Assembly (NCBI RefSeq): GCF_035084215.1
Contig: NC_090329.1
Span: forward strand, 100,378,001-100,442,000
DNA from: Heptranchias perlo
Lineage: Eukaryota
Reading direction: 5' to 3'
DNA length: 64,000 nucleotides
Of the stretch, positions 1-12,575 are shown one piece after another (within the stretch, counting starts at the first letter, position 1; each line of letters begins with the position of its first letter). Below the pieces are notes generated by a model. That model saw nothing but the letters and a program-made list of their open reading frames with translations. It did not search any database and was not told where the DNA came from. Made by a program: the position numbers and the translations under genes.

Positions 1-247
1 CTACCCCTCTGTGGGACAACATTTCTTTAACAAGGGGCATGGTAGCCCCAATTTTATCCAAGGAGAAACTTAACACTGGCAGGAGGGTGTACTTATAATG
101 CAGCAAGTTTGCATAGGCAGTTTCCATTATAACTGCAGACATAGGAAATTATAATGGGAAAAGTTGACAGGAAGTGGCTACAAATGTAAGTTTTTAACAA
201 GTTATTGGTATGTAGATAATATTAAATCAAATATCAAATGACAGAAT

Positions 248-347
248 GAAGTTCTGATGAAAGGTCATCGACCTGAAACCTTAACTCTGTTTCTCTCTCC
301 ACAGATGCTACCTGACTTGCTGAGTGTTTCCAGCATTTTCTGTCTTT
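248..347 (+). mobile_element. ~100-bp non-coding Penelope-derived element carrying a hammerhead motif, flanked by 10-bp direct repeat ATGACAGAAT
   Basis: ATGACAGAAT lies at 238-247 and 348-357. The internal sequence recurs at ~27500-27636, ~43700-43830, 47271-47360 and, degenerate, at ~51195-51310. Confidence 0.75.
250..286 (+). ncRNA. minimal type I hammerhead ribozyme motif
   Basis: AGTT-CTGATGA-A-AGGTC(atc)GACCT-GAA-ACCTT-AACT gives a CUGANGA/GAAA core, a 5-bp helix II and a 4-bp helix I. The helix III palindrome AACGTT seen in the 43.8-kb copy is mutated here to AACCTT. Confidence 0.7.
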
Positions 348-449
348 ATGACAGAATATATGACTTTAAAATGGGGACTGAGTAACATTTTCGTGGCTTG
401 ACCCAATTATCCCCTCCCTCTAAGCTAGCTTCATTTGAAGACTACGTTT

Positions 450-1516
450 TGGGGTGAATGTTCATGTGGGCTATTCCATCTGGCAGGGTGGGGGGGGGAG
501 GTGGGCGTTAAGAGCCTGCCGCCCGCCCGATGGCATTGATACGAAACTGGAGCCATTTTCATGGTTGGGCCTCATTTGAATAATCTCGACAAGCTCTGGT
601 GCTGAACCATCACTGGCGGGCAGCTCGCCAATGGCGGGGGGGAGGAGGGGGGCACGGGAAATCTGGTGGCTCTTCTGTGGGGGGGGGGGGATTCAATCCA
701 GATGGGGTGGGGTGGGGTGGGGTGGGGTAGTGAGGACTGCCCGGGGGGGGGGGAGGGGGGGAGATTTTTGTGGGGCCAGGATGGAGCATTAATGCTCCTC
801 CTGATCTACAAAAAACATTTTAAAAATTTTTGGCTTTTTTTTTTCAACCGTTGCGGTCCCTTTTAAAGGGCGAAGGTTAGGCTGCTCAGCTCCAAGTGTC
901 AATGGGTGCAGCAGGAATAGCAGGGTACCTGAAAATTGCACCAGGGTCCTATATATGTCACAGGACTCCAATTTGTATAGCTTAATATGTAAGGGTGATC
1001 TAATTGAGGTGTTTAAGATGATTAAAGGAGTTGATAGGGTAGATAGAGAAACTATTTCCTCTATTGGGGGAGTCCAGAACAAGGGGGCATAATCTTAAAG
1101 TTAGAGCTAGGCCGCTCAAGGGTGATGTCAGAAAACACTTCTTCACACAAAGGGTAATGGAAATCTGGAACTCTCTCCCCCGAAAAGCTGTCGAGGTTGG
1201 GGAGGGTCAATTGAAAATTTCAAAACTGAGATTGATAGATTTTTGTTAGGCAAGGGTATTAAGAGCTATGGAACCAAGGCGGGTAGATGGATTTAAGATA
1301 CAGATCAGCCATGAGGTAATTGAATGGTGGGACAAGCTTGAGGGGCTGAATGGCCTACTCATGTCCCTATGTTCCTATTAATGAGGCAACCGCCCGAAAC
1401 AGGACCAGATGGAAATGGTGGCGGGCGGATCGGCAGTGGGAAGGGGGTGTAGAGCACTGCCATTTTCCTTGTGCTGCTGCCCTGTTCCCACCCGAAAACA
1501 GAGAAAAAAATTGGCC
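450..1516. mobile_element. degenerate GC-rich MITE-like (probably Harbinger-derived) remnant split by a CR1 fragment
   Basis: Ends resemble the GGGN...AATT termini of other MITEs in the window, the body has poly-G runs, and it is interrupted at ~985-1376. Confidence 0.4.
985..1376 (+). mobile_element. CR1 LINE 3' fragment
   Basis: Encodes the CR1 ORF2 C-terminus (GDLIEVFK, SRTRGHNLK, FFTQRVMEIWNSLP), followed by a 3' UTR ending in ctatgttcct. Confidence 0.9.
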
Positions 1517-2330
1517 TCTTGTTCTTGATTCCTCACATGCAACACCAGTGGGAGATTGTCTGCATGTGATTGCAGAAAGCAGTCTTCTGAAGAAAATTTT
1601 TATTACACTTGTGAGAATGGTCTTTATAACTCAAACATGATTTTTTAAAATTTGTAAGTTATTAGGTCATCCTGATTTGTAATAAAATTAGTATATAGTT
1701 CTCCAAGCCAGCGTCCTATATTTAGACAAGTTGTTTTCTTGGCTGCTTAAAGGTGCAAGTAGTAAAATCTTAACCATTGGATGGGCTTTTTCGCAAGGGA
1801 TAGCTGAACAAGGCAGTTAAATGAAAATATCCAGCATTTAGACAAGTTGATCCTGCACAGCTGTGCATGATTTATATTTAATGGTGACCTTTTGTCCTCA
1901 AATGCGACAGATCGCCCGTGTGATACAAATGAGTTGGCTGTGCTTTACCTCCCACATTAGCCTACAATGTGGAGATCTGGGATATTAGAGCTTGCTAAGA
2001 ATGAAATCTCCACACTGTACTTAGCCAGTTAGATGCCACAGGGTAGAACTCTGGATCGGTAAAGTTCATGCACGTATGTATAAGACACTCCTGTTACATT
2101 CCTCCGTGTGCTATTTTTACGCAGGCGCTAACCCATTCACAATAAGCACCTTAACACTTGGGTAACAATAGTCCACACAGGAATGTAGCGTGCATTAAGT
2201 GTTCCAATGTGAACTTCAAGTCTTGGAAGTTTTGACCTCATATTTTGCATATGTGTGCACATCTGTAGGATTTCCTGTATTGTACAGAAAAGACAATCCA
2301 AACAAAATTTGCACAGAGAACAATAATGAT

Positions 2331-2660
2331 CACTGCAACCTCCTCCAGCCCTACGAGCCTCCGAGAACTCTGCAGTCCTCCAACTCTGGCCTCTTGTGCA
2401 TCCCCCACGTCCTTCGCCCCATCACTGGTGACCGTGCCTTCAGCCGTCTTGGCCCTAAGCTCTGGAATTCTCTCCCTAAACCTCTCCACCTTTCTCTCCT
2501 CCTTTAAGATGCTCCTTAAAATCTACCTTATTGATCAAGCTTTTGGTCACCTATCCTAGTGTCTCCTTTTTTGGCTTGGTGTCAAATTTTGTCTGATTAC
2601 GCTCCTGTTATGCTCCTTTTACTATGTTACGGTCGCGATATAAATGCAAGTTGCTGCTTT
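2331..2660 (+). mobile_element. L2 LINE 3' fragment
   Basis: Encodes NLLQPYEPPRTLQSSNSGLL...GDRAFSRLGPKLWNSLP and ends in the tail atataaatgcaagttgctgc. Confidence 0.8.
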
Positions 2661-2954
2661 GAAAATATAAGACAGATGAGAGGGAGGACATGTGTGGTAC
2701 AGGGTGGAGTTGCCTGATGTTCCAAATTGTATAAAAACTATCTTGTTATGGTGAAAACCAAGTTGATAAATGCTGATGATAACCACACAATGTTGCCCCT
2801 TTCTTGCCCTGGCCATGCAAAAGATTTTAATGAATTCATTTTGTTTATGTTAAACTTTCATCCACAAACTGAATCATTTTGAAGCACATGGAAACTGCTC
2901 TAGTTATGAAACCGCACAAGGTTACTACAATAGCAAAAGATACATTTTAAAAAA

Positions 2955-3348
2955 TTAATTCTCGGGATGTGGGCGTCGCTGGCAAGGCTGTCTTTTATTG
3001 CCCATCCTTAGTTGCCCTGTACAACTGAGTGGCTTGCTAGGCCACATCAGAGGGCAATTAAGTGTCAAGCACATTGGTGTGGGGCTGGAGTCACATATAG
3101 GCCAGACTGGGTAAGGACGGCAGATTGCCTTCCCTAATGGACATTAGTGAGCTATTTGGGTTTTTACAAAAATCCGACAGCTTCATGGTTACTTTTATTG
3201 ATACCAGCTTTTTATTTCTAGATTTTTTTTTTAAACTGAATTCAAATTCTCAAACTGTCATGGTGGGATTTGAACTCACGTTCCCTAGATTACTATCCAG
3301 GCCTCTGAATTACTAGTCCACTGGCTTAATCACTACACCACCATACCC
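2955..3348 (-). mobile_element. tRNA-derived SINE with LINE-derived 3' tail
   Basis: The minus-strand head has A-box-like tggtgtagtg and B-box-like gagttcaaatccc. The last ~65 nt match the LINE 3' ends at 4525-4600, 33135-33205 and 44718-44785. Confidence 0.75.
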
Positions 3349-3690
3349 ATGATAATGTCTTACTAAAATGGTTGTTGAGAGCACAGAATGACCTGGAAAA
3401 TTAGTACTAGTAAACCAGAGCTTTGTCAGAGCATATGGAATATACCAGTAATCCGTCGTTCAAAGAGCGATGGTTAATTTTGTATCTGAGCTTCTAAATA
3501 CAAGGGTCAAAGTTCCAAGTGACGTCAGTCTGGAACAGTTCCACGTGCAGAGAAAGTAGAGTATGATAATTTACTGCTGCCATTTTGCACTGATATAGGA
3601 AACTGAGGTTCAAGTACAACAGCTCTTGCAATTGTGGATTTAACATGGAAGTTTGTCTTAAGCACTAGCACCTCTGCTAGTCCTCTCATA

Positions 3691-4232
3691 GGGTAGAAAT
3701 TGGTATGAGTTGCACCCATTTTTTGGGCATAAAATGGGTGCAAAGCATACTGAGTTAGCAGTGTGACAGCCTGTGCCCAATCTGCACAGGTGTTGGTCCT
3801 GCTGCCAAAATCGCAAAACCCATTTTTGAGGCTTCCACCTGATGTTAGGCCCCTTGAATATGTTAATTGGGGCCTAACGTGTGTTTAAGTATCCCTTTAC
3901 AAAATTAATCAACGAGGAGAGGGGCAGGCCCTGCAGAGGAGTCTTCCATGGCTGCCAACAACAGATAGGCTTATTTTAATTTTTAAAAAAAACTTTTCTG
4001 TGGAGCCAGGAGGAGCAGGAATGCTTCCCCACACTCAACACACCTAGAGATCCTCCAGAACTTACCTGATGGCCTCTGCCAGCGAGACAAATGGCCCAAA
4101 ATTCAATCCTGAAGAAAGGCAAAATGCCTGGTATATTTAGATTTTGGCCTGGCCTCGGGCTCTCTCTTCGGGCACACGTGCTCACACAACGCCAATTCTG
4201 GGCCCAGAAATGAGACATCTAATCTCTACCCC
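3691..4232. mobile_element. MITE-like non-autonomous DNA transposon
   Basis: Terminal inverted repeats are GGGTAGAAATT / AATCTCTACCC. Confidence 0.6.
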
Positions 4233-4409
4233 ATAATCGCCAATGTTATGGGGAAGAAATTCTGATAGGATATCCTCGTCTTACATAACAACAGTGAATG
4301 CACTTCAAAGTAGCTCATTAAGCGCTTTAAAACATTTCCGAGAATATGATGAAGCGTTATATAAATACAAGCTTTTTCTTCCTTTCTTTCTTTTCCAATC
4401 CACCAGCCT

Positions 4410-4605
4410 TAATCGTCCTTCATTGTCGCTGGGTCAAAATCCTGGAACTCCCTTCCTAACAGCACTGTGGGAGAACCTTCACCACACGGACTGCAGCGGT
4501 TCAAGAAGGCGGCTCATCACCACCTTCTCAAGGGCAATTAGGGATGGGCAATAAATGCTGGCCTCGCCAGTGACGCCCACATCCCATGAACGAATAAAGA
4601 AAAAT
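4410..4605 (+). mobile_element. 3' end of a CR1/L2-group LINE (second family)
   Basis: Contains a SKSWNSLP-type terminus and is near-identical to 33020-33205 and to the minus strand of 44718-44900. Confidence 0.75.
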
Positions 4606-6948
4606 AATGGCTTTAAGTTGCACTAGCCAAAGAGGAACAGATGAGGTTTCTTTGCTGGTTGCCAAACATTATTATCATTGCAAGGCACATGTAGAACACT
4701 AAAGTTGCTGAAAGAATAAATAGTCCCAGCTTTCCTGAGAATTCCCACTCTTCACCCACTATTCAAGCCAACTTTGGTAGTTATTTGCCCTAAGGTGATT
4801 AAACTGTAGTTACCAAGTCAAAGAGCTGAATGCTTATAACCATAGGAAGCTTAGCACTCTTTTAGATGAGAGTGTACCAGTGTCCTTGTAGGGGATATTT
4901 CACTTTGGAACGAAAGCTCTGTAACTATAATTAAAAATTAATTGTCCCAAAAACTTTGTGGTTCTAAAATCTCATCTTCCAAAGTCTTTTACTGTGTTGT
5001 TTGTGGCCTTAGCTTTGACCACATTATCAAATATAACAATCCAGTAATAACCTCCAGGTTATTAACTAGCTGTGATGCATCGCTAAGCACCAAAGCCAAT
5101 ATATCCTTGCTGTAGTAGGCAGCCTCTCATGTCTTAGGAGCGAATGGTGCCTGACTGCCTCAATGAGTGTATGTGCCTGACTTTCACTTCATAACATGCT
5201 ATTTTCTTCGGTGATGTAGCAACTGACAGTTATATCCTTTCAACTAAAATGACTGGCATAATTTAAATTACAGGCATGTTGAACCAAAGTGGTTTTATTA
5301 CCACTTACAGCTTAAAGGTTTAATGTGCACTTTACTCAAATGGAAATCCTAGGCATTGCAGAGTTTAACCGCCTGCCACATCTCAAAGATGAAATTAGCT
5401 CAGTGTCATAACAAGTTCAATGTGACAAACTGTTAACATTGTGAAGAATTTGATTTTTGTTTTAAAGAAATGGGAAGAGTTTCCAAGACGAGTAGGACTG
5501 CAAGCAGTTAATTTTTTGGAAAGTAATTGTAGCCAAATTTCTTGTAATTCTTTTTAAAAATGCATGGTGCTTGTTATTCCACTTTGTTGAATTGTTTTAT
5601 TTGGAATCATGAGCAAGTGACTGTAAGACATACATTTGAGGAATGTTTAAAAAAAAATGGAAAAATAAGGTCCAGTCTTTTCCCCATAAATTTGAGCTCT
5701 GGTCCCAAGTGAGGATTTCAGTGCTGGTATTAATTCTCCAGCATCAAATGAATTGGCAAAAATATTAGTAGTTATGAGAGCTTTTTTGCTTACTGCTTCC
5801 TCAACATGGTTGTGCACTGGAGCAAACATCTCTGCAAGAGTAGCCATTATCATTCGTAACCTTTTCACAAGTGTGCAAATGCTATTCTGAATCTGGCGCA
5901 CGCATTGCAAATGGGTGTCTGTTAGTGTTCTGAGGAGAAGCAATCTTTTCCAGCATGTCACTATTGTATGGTTAGTGCATGTCTCCATGTCTGCTATATG
6001 TATAACGCATGTAAGTTGTTTGTCTAACACAGCAGGGGAGCAAGTATGCGATAGCAGGACAAGCTGTGTTTGTTGGTGATGGAAGATTTGTTTGTCTTGT
6101 GTCTCGAATGGATAAAGGAGGCATAGAAGTGCATAATAACTCCTGTGCATATGCCAAATGTCTATATACTTTAGGGTCAGGGCATGCAAGTCAACATTTG
6201 TTCAGTAAGCATGGAGAGGGAGGCGAGTGCAATAAAAAAGAGCACAAACTGTACACATCAAAATGTTACAAGTTGTTAGTGGTTTTTCAAATTGAGGTTC
6301 TCAGATCCTTTGGGAGTTTGTGAGGCTTTAACTACTAAAGGTGTTCAGGTGGGGGAATGGAGCTTAATCAGAAGGGAGCAAGAGATGAGACAGTGAAGAA
6401 GAGAACACGAGGAGACTTACCTCAAATACTTCGGGCTAGAAATTGGGCCGTGTAACGCCTGTTTTTCAGGCATTACGCAGCCTCCTAAGGTCCCAAAATT
6501 GGGTCCGGAATGCGCACGCACGCTTCTAGCGCGACGTGTGCCAGACGCCATTTTGGTAAAGACGTTTGCGCACGCACAGATAACTAATGCCGGCATCATG
6601 CAAAGTAGGGAGAATATGCATTAGATCAGTGTGCAACACTGATTTAAAGATATGAACACCATTTTGGCACTCAATGCTCCAGCCAATGAACTTTCTTAAC
6701 CACGAACAGCTGAATATGGCTTGGACAGCCTGGAGGACCCGCCACCAGTGCTATTTAAAGGGATCATGCAGCTGTTGCAGGTTGGTGGCTGGATTATTCC
6801 TTCTGGCCACTGGTACAATTGTACATGTTTGTTGAAGCTTCCTAATAGTGGATAGAGTTGCTATAGTATATAAAGAGTGATTGGGCAGGTCCTGCATTAC
6901 TGTTGGTGTCATTTACAACAAGTGTACTGAACAAGATTCCTGGCAACC

Positions 6949-8094
6949 ATGGGTGGTCTGCTATGGCTCCCGCTGGGCATAGAACATGACTGGAAGCATG
7001 CAGAGAGGCCATGCAGAGCAGGTCAAGCTGTGAGGAGAGGGAGGAGGAGGAGGAGGCACAGGACAATGAGCAGTAGGCCATAGCCCATGAGGGCCTTCAG
7101 GGCACAATACTCTTACCTCAACATGAGCGAAGATCAGTGCATGGGACGGCTGCGGTTCACCAAGGAGGTTGTGACGGAGATATATGAAGTGCCGCAGCCA
7201 CAACTGCAGCCTCAGGGCAGAGCAAGGACAGCATTGTCAAGGTAACCGCGGCGCTGAACTTTTACGGCCCTGGGTCCTTTCAGGCCTCTGCTGACGATAT
7301 GTGCAATATCTCGTAGTTTGCAGTGCACAGCTACATAAGGGAGGTCACAGAGGCACTGTACGAGCTGCACAACAGATTAATAACGTTCCCTCTTGACACA
7401 GAAAGAAGCAGAATGAGCGAGCACGGGAGTTTGCTCGCATTGCAGGATGCCATTGACTGCACGCATATTGCCATGGATGCTCCACATCTCAACTTGGCCA
7501 TCTTTATGAGCAAAAAGGGGTTCCACTCCCTCAATGTGCTGCTGAGGTGCGACCACACGCAGCGCATGATGCAGGTCAATGCTCGCTACCCCGGTAACGA
7601 CACCTTCATTATGCGGCAGTCCAACATCCCAACTATTTTTGCACTGGGTCGGCAAGTCAAAGGCTGGCTACTGGGTGACGAGGACTATCACCTCATGAGG
7701 TGGCTGATGACCCCAGTCAGGCACGCACACACAAGTGCAGTGCAGGCATACAACGAGAGCCATGCGGCCACACGGAACGTCGTCGAGCACACTGGGCCTC
7801 CTAAAGCAGTACTTCCGCTGTCTGGACCGTTCTGGTGGAGCCCTGCAGTACTCAGTTGAGTGGATATCAAGATTCGTCATGGTATGCTGCATGCTGCACA
7901 ACCTGACCCTTATGAGGGAACAGCCCTTGTCACTGCCTATCCGCCAAGACCCAGAGCTAGAGGCAGAAGAGGAGGAGGAGGAAGAGGAGGAGATGGAGGA
8001 GGAAGTGGAGGAAGATGCAGGGAGGCAACAAGATGCACAGACCCTGTCTGCCAGGGCTCTGAGTGCTCACCTTATTCATGAGCGATATCAGTAA
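6949..8094 (+). pseudogene. Harbinger (HARBI1-like, DDE_Tnp_4) transposase, frameshifted
   Basis: Motifs DAIDCTHI, KKGFHSLNV, ARYPG, GWLLGD, YNESHAATRNVVE, LLKQYFRCLDRSGGALQYS and CCMLHN are spread across ORFs 7323-7859 and 7735-8094, followed by a Glu-rich tail. Confidence 0.9.
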
Positions 8095-8477
8095 CCTCGA
8101 CGACACCTCCCAAGTCACCAACAGTCCCACACTCCTCACCTTTCCTCTCCCACATAACCATCACATCGCCCTCCATATGATTACACATTGCCTCCTCCCG
8201 CAGCACATCACAGAAATAAATCCCACCACCAACTGCAACTTCAAATCCAAATTACAGCATAACACATTAATTGTAGTAGCAAACATTACATTATTCACCC
8301 TTGTGCATTCACTTAGTGCCTGTTATCCGTGTGCCTTTACCTTTCCTGGTGCTCCTATGAGGTACATCCTCAGTGGCTGGAGCATGGGTGGTGGAAGGCT
8401 GCTAGCCTTCAATTGAGGAGCATGCAGATGGCCTTGGAGGACGACCTGGAGCAGCTCTGGGCTTGGAGAACCAGATT

Positions 8478-10109
8478 TCAGACTGCATCATCTCGGCATG
8501 GGCTGCAGCAGTCTAGCCTGGCTGGCTTACGGGTAACAGCAAGGGCACTGACAGAGTGGGAGCAGGAATGCTGTCGTCCAGAGAGAGGACAGCGGGCTCG
8601 ACTGCCATGGCCACTGCCACTAGCACAGGACGGTGCCTCAGCATTCCTGGTGATCAGCTGGAGAACGGATTGCTGGAGTGCTGTGACGCCCTGGAAGCCC
8701 CGTTCCACAGTGGTACCCAGAGCCATGACAGCAGCGGTCTGGGCTTCAACTGAAGGATACAGACCTTTGATGACATCGGTTTGTGCTGCAATGGAAGCCG
8801 CGACATCAGCCGTCACGCGCTGCGTCATGGTGGGTTCCACAGGCATGCAGATGGAGGTGACCACCTGTTCCATGTTGGTAAGGATGGGCTCCAAGTTCTG
8901 CGCAAAGCCCTGTGCCAAGTTGGAGGTGGACTCCTCCGTGCCCCTTGACATTGTGCGCAGGCTTTCCAGTGCACCAAGCATTTGATGGTGTACACCTATC
9001 AGCCTTCTTCTGTAGCCTGGCTCATCGAAGTCAACATCTGATGCCTCGGCAGCGGAACGAACCGTGCGACCTCGCCCTCCGGCGAGCTGGCACCTGTGGT
9101 GTCCGTTCCCCCCGCCCCAGCTCCTGCGCACTTGTGCCCGGTGTCTCATGACGTGCAGATCCCTCCTCTAACCTGTGTCAGTACCTGAGCTGATGGATGC
9201 GAGTGTCAGATCGAGTCACGGTGCGACTTCAGTGTCCTCCTCCTCCTCCTCCTCCTCGGATGGTGCCGGCTCCAGTTCTTGGACACCTGCAACGACAAAG
9301 GGAGACGGGTTGAGTGGATCGGGGAGGGGTGTGAGTAAGACATACGTGCTGACACCATCTGCAGCACGTGAGTCAGAAAAGATTGTGGGATGAGGGCGTT
9401 GTGGGAAACGAGAAGGAGGATTAAGTATGCAGAGATCCCCTTCATCGGGACCTCCAGCACCAGCAGTGCTCATGGAAGCAGCAACAGCCCGCCCAATGAT
9501 GCGTAGCACAGTTTCCTTCAAGGGGGTGAGGAAGTGTAGGCGTGCCCGTCCGCCCTCGGGTCTCTCGGTCTGCCGGCTGTTATGCACCACCTTCTCCTGC
9601 AAGACAAAGGGAAGTGTGTCAGTGAGTGTCCTGCAATGTGTTTGGGTGATGTGCCTATCATGGTCGAATTGCTGCCAGTGTGTGTGGCCTGTGAGTGGTG
9701 GGTGCGTGGATTGCATGTGTGCTACTAGTAACGGTGAGATGCAGCATCCGAAGTTCAGCATTGCCTACGGATGGGCAGCGTTTGTTGGTGGGTGTGTGAG
9801 GGGTTGTGTCATGCGTGGAGCAGTGCTGCAATTGATAAGATGTGCCACTCAGCACTTGCATTCACTCACCTTGACCACTTGTGTCAAATCATTGAACTTT
9901 TTCCAGTACTGTATCCATGTGTATGGTGCTATACTCCTGCCATTCACCTCCACGGCCACTTCCTCCCACTGCCTCTACAGCTGGGATCTGGAGGGTCTGC
10001 TGCTTCCCTGCGGGTACAGGATGGCTCTCTGTTCCTGCACTCCCTCCACTAAGGCTTCCAGTGCGTTGTTGGAGAACCTCGGGGCACGCTCACTTGCCGC
10101 TCCAGCCAT
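8478..10109 (-). pseudogene. Harbinger accessory Myb/SANT-like DNA-binding gene, spliced, with helical C-terminal region
   Basis: Exon 1 (10109-9870) translates MAGAASERAPRFSNNALEALV...WEEVA...KKFNDL with one internal stop and ends at a GTGAGT donor. Acceptors lie at ~9597 and ~9287, and the C-terminal part is ORF 8478-9149. Confidence 0.8.
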
Positions 10110-10824
10110 TCTGCCTGCCATCCTGCACTGCTTACATTGACAGTGCACCTCCCTTTTAAGAAGTGCGGGTTGCCTTTAGCTAGTGCTGGTCACGCCCCAG
10201 ATCGGGCCTCCTGCTGGTGCATCCAGCCACTCAAGGGTGCGGGTAGCGCTGGCTGCACGTGGGAATCATGCTAATGAGGATGCAGCACGAATCTCGCATG
10301 CTGCCTGCATCGCTAACACCGGGCCCGGGCTAAGGGTTAACCATGCACCACGATCCCCGGTCCCCGTATTGGGCCTTATTGAATTTAACCCCCATTGTCT
10401 GAAACTCTGCTGAGGGATGAAGAGGAAGTCTAACACCAGGACAGACTCACCATAAAGCTGACAATGGATTTTGAGAAAAGTTTGAACGACTCTCTGTGAT
10501 TTAAAGTGGCCATTGACTTTGCAGCCGAAATTTTCCAATCAGTTTTATTTTGACACCGGCAATAAGCTATTTACTTCCACCCATTTATTTTAAGTAATTG
10601 CTGTTGCTGTTCGAACATGCCAATCAGAAAATCTAGACTTGCATTCCACAGCTCTGTTTTTAGGGAATAACCTTGATCTCTCAGGAAACAACTTCCAACG
10701 TTATGGCAACACACTCCCTTCACAATTTCTCTGCCAGAAACAATTCAGTACCTTGAATTTCAGAAGGCACACTTTCATGAAATTTCGAAAGTGATCATCA
10801 TACATGCCAACCAGTAGCATTTCA

Positions 10825-11475
10825 CATTCACAATCAAAAAGGCGAATGGAATGTTGGCTTTTATCTCAAGTGGGTTGGAATACAAAAGTGAGGAATTGAT
10901 GCTTCATTTCTACAGAACCTTTGGTCAGACCCTATCTGGAGAACTGTGTTCAATTTTGGGCCACTGTACCTCAGGAAAGGTACATTAACCGAGGAGGGGG
11001 TACAGCGCTGATTCAATGGAATGATACCAGGGCTTAGAGAGTTAAACTATGAGGTTGCATAAGTTTGTCTTGTATTCCCTTGACTTAAAAAGCTGAGGGG
11101 TGATGTAATCAAGGTGTTTAAAATGATAAAGAGATTCGATAAGATAGATACAGAGAAACCATTTCCTCTGGTGGGGGAATCCAGAACAAGGGGGCATAAT
11201 CTTAAAATTAGAGCTAGGGCCATTTAGAAGTGAAATCAGAAGGCACTTTTTAACACAAAGGGTAATGCAAATCTGGAACTCTCTTCCCAAAAATGCTGTG
11301 GATGCTGGGTCAATTCACATTTTCAAGATTGAGATTGATAGATTTTTGATGGGTAAGGGTATCAAGGGATATGGAGCAAAGCCAAATGGAGTTGAGGTAC
11401 AGATCAGCCATGTCTAATTGAATGGCGGAACAAGCTTGAGGGGCTGAATGGCCTACTTTTGTTACTATGTTCCTG
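10825..11475 (+). mobile_element. CR1 LINE 3' fragment
   Basis: Degenerate KKANGMLAF...LVRP...SRTRGHNLK...FTQRV coding, with the same 3' UTR as 985-1376. Confidence 0.85.
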
Positions 11476-11805
11476 ATACCTAAAATCATCTTGGTTGCCC
11501 AATTCTGTACCCTTTCGACAACAATAATATCCCACCGAGTGGAGAGAAAAAGGAAATATTCTGCCTAGCGATTGTCACTAGGAGGGTTCCACAAGGATCT
11601 TCCTGGGTCCCCTACAGTGTACTTTTAGTAGTGTTGTAAAATTTTCTGATGACTTAAAGCTACATAAGTAGGTAACAGGGAGATCGATAGTATTCAGGGG
11701 GATTCAGACCAATTAAGTATGTACGGTGAAAAAGGACAACAGGATTTTAATTTGTTTAAATGTAAGATCATGTATAAAGGAACAAGAAGCTGTAATCATG
11801 TGTAC

Positions 11806-12575
11806 CATAGAAAGGTTACAGCACGGAAGGAGGCCATTCGGCCCATCGAATCTGTGCTGGCTCTATGCAAGAGCAATTCAGCTAGTTCCACTCCCCTGCA
11901 CACTTTTTTCCTTTAAAGTACTTATCCAATTCCCTTTTGAAGGCCATGATTGAATCTGCCTGCACCACAACTTCTGGCAGTGCATTCCATATCCCAACCA
12001 CTCGCTGTGTAAAAAAGTTTTTCCGCATGTCACCTTTGGTTCTTTTGCCAATCATCTTAAATCTATGTCCTCTGGTCCTTGACCCTTCTGCCAATGGGAA
12101 CAGTTTCTCTCTATCTACTCTGTCTAGACACTTCATGATTTTGAATACCTCTATCAAATCTCCTTTCAACCTTCTCTGTTCCAAGGAGAACAACCCCAGC
12201 TTCTCCAGTCTATCCACGTAACTAAAGTCCCTCATCCCTGGAATCATTCTAGTAAATCTCTTCTGCACCCTCGGTAAAGCCTTCACATCTTTCCTAAAGG
12301 TTGGTGCCCAGAACTGGACAAAATAGTCCAGCTGTGGCCGAACCAGTGTTTTATAAAGGTTCATCATGACTTCCTTGCTTTTGTACTCTATGCTTCTATT
12401 TATAAAGCCCAGGATCCCGTATGCTTTTTTCTGTACCCCTTCTAGAATTGTGCCCTTTAGTTTAAATTGCCTCTCCTCATTCTTCCTACAGCAATGTATC
12501 ACCTCGCATTTTTCTGCGTTAAATTTCATCTGCCACGTGTCCGCCCATGTCACCAGCCTGTCTATATCCTCTTGA
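11806..12575 (-). mobile_element. CR1 LINE 3' fragment with internal deletion, inserted in an older decayed CR1 (~11530-12900)
   Basis: ORF 11882-12553 encodes WQMKFNAEKCEV, LYKTLVRPQL and FFTQRVVGIWNALP. It is the same subfamily as 61480-62152. Confidence 0.9.

Larger units (their letters stand above)
6433..10393. mobile_element. PIF/Harbinger DNA transposon 1 (decayed, two convergent genes)
   Basis: Contains a DDE transposase (+) and a Myb/SANT gene (-). The termini GGGCTAGAAATT / AATTTAACCCCC are only imperfectly inverted, so the boundaries are approximate. Confidence 0.85.

Noticed and set aside
3255-3348. tRNA gene
   Set aside because: The A/B-box-like motifs belong to a SINE head, and I could not fold a complete cloverleaf.
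5647-6189. 180-aa minus-strand ORF as a host gene
   Set aside because: It has no recognisable domain, and the FDAGELIPALK segment resembles the pre-RT region of an ancient LINE.
6949-8094. Domesticated host HARBI1 gene
   Set aside because: It is frameshifted, paired with a Myb gene inside a transposon-like unit, and related copies occur in the same window.
9427-10140. 237-aa Cys-rich plus-strand ORF
   Set aside because: It is the antisense shadow of the Harbinger Myb gene exons and a GT-rich intron.
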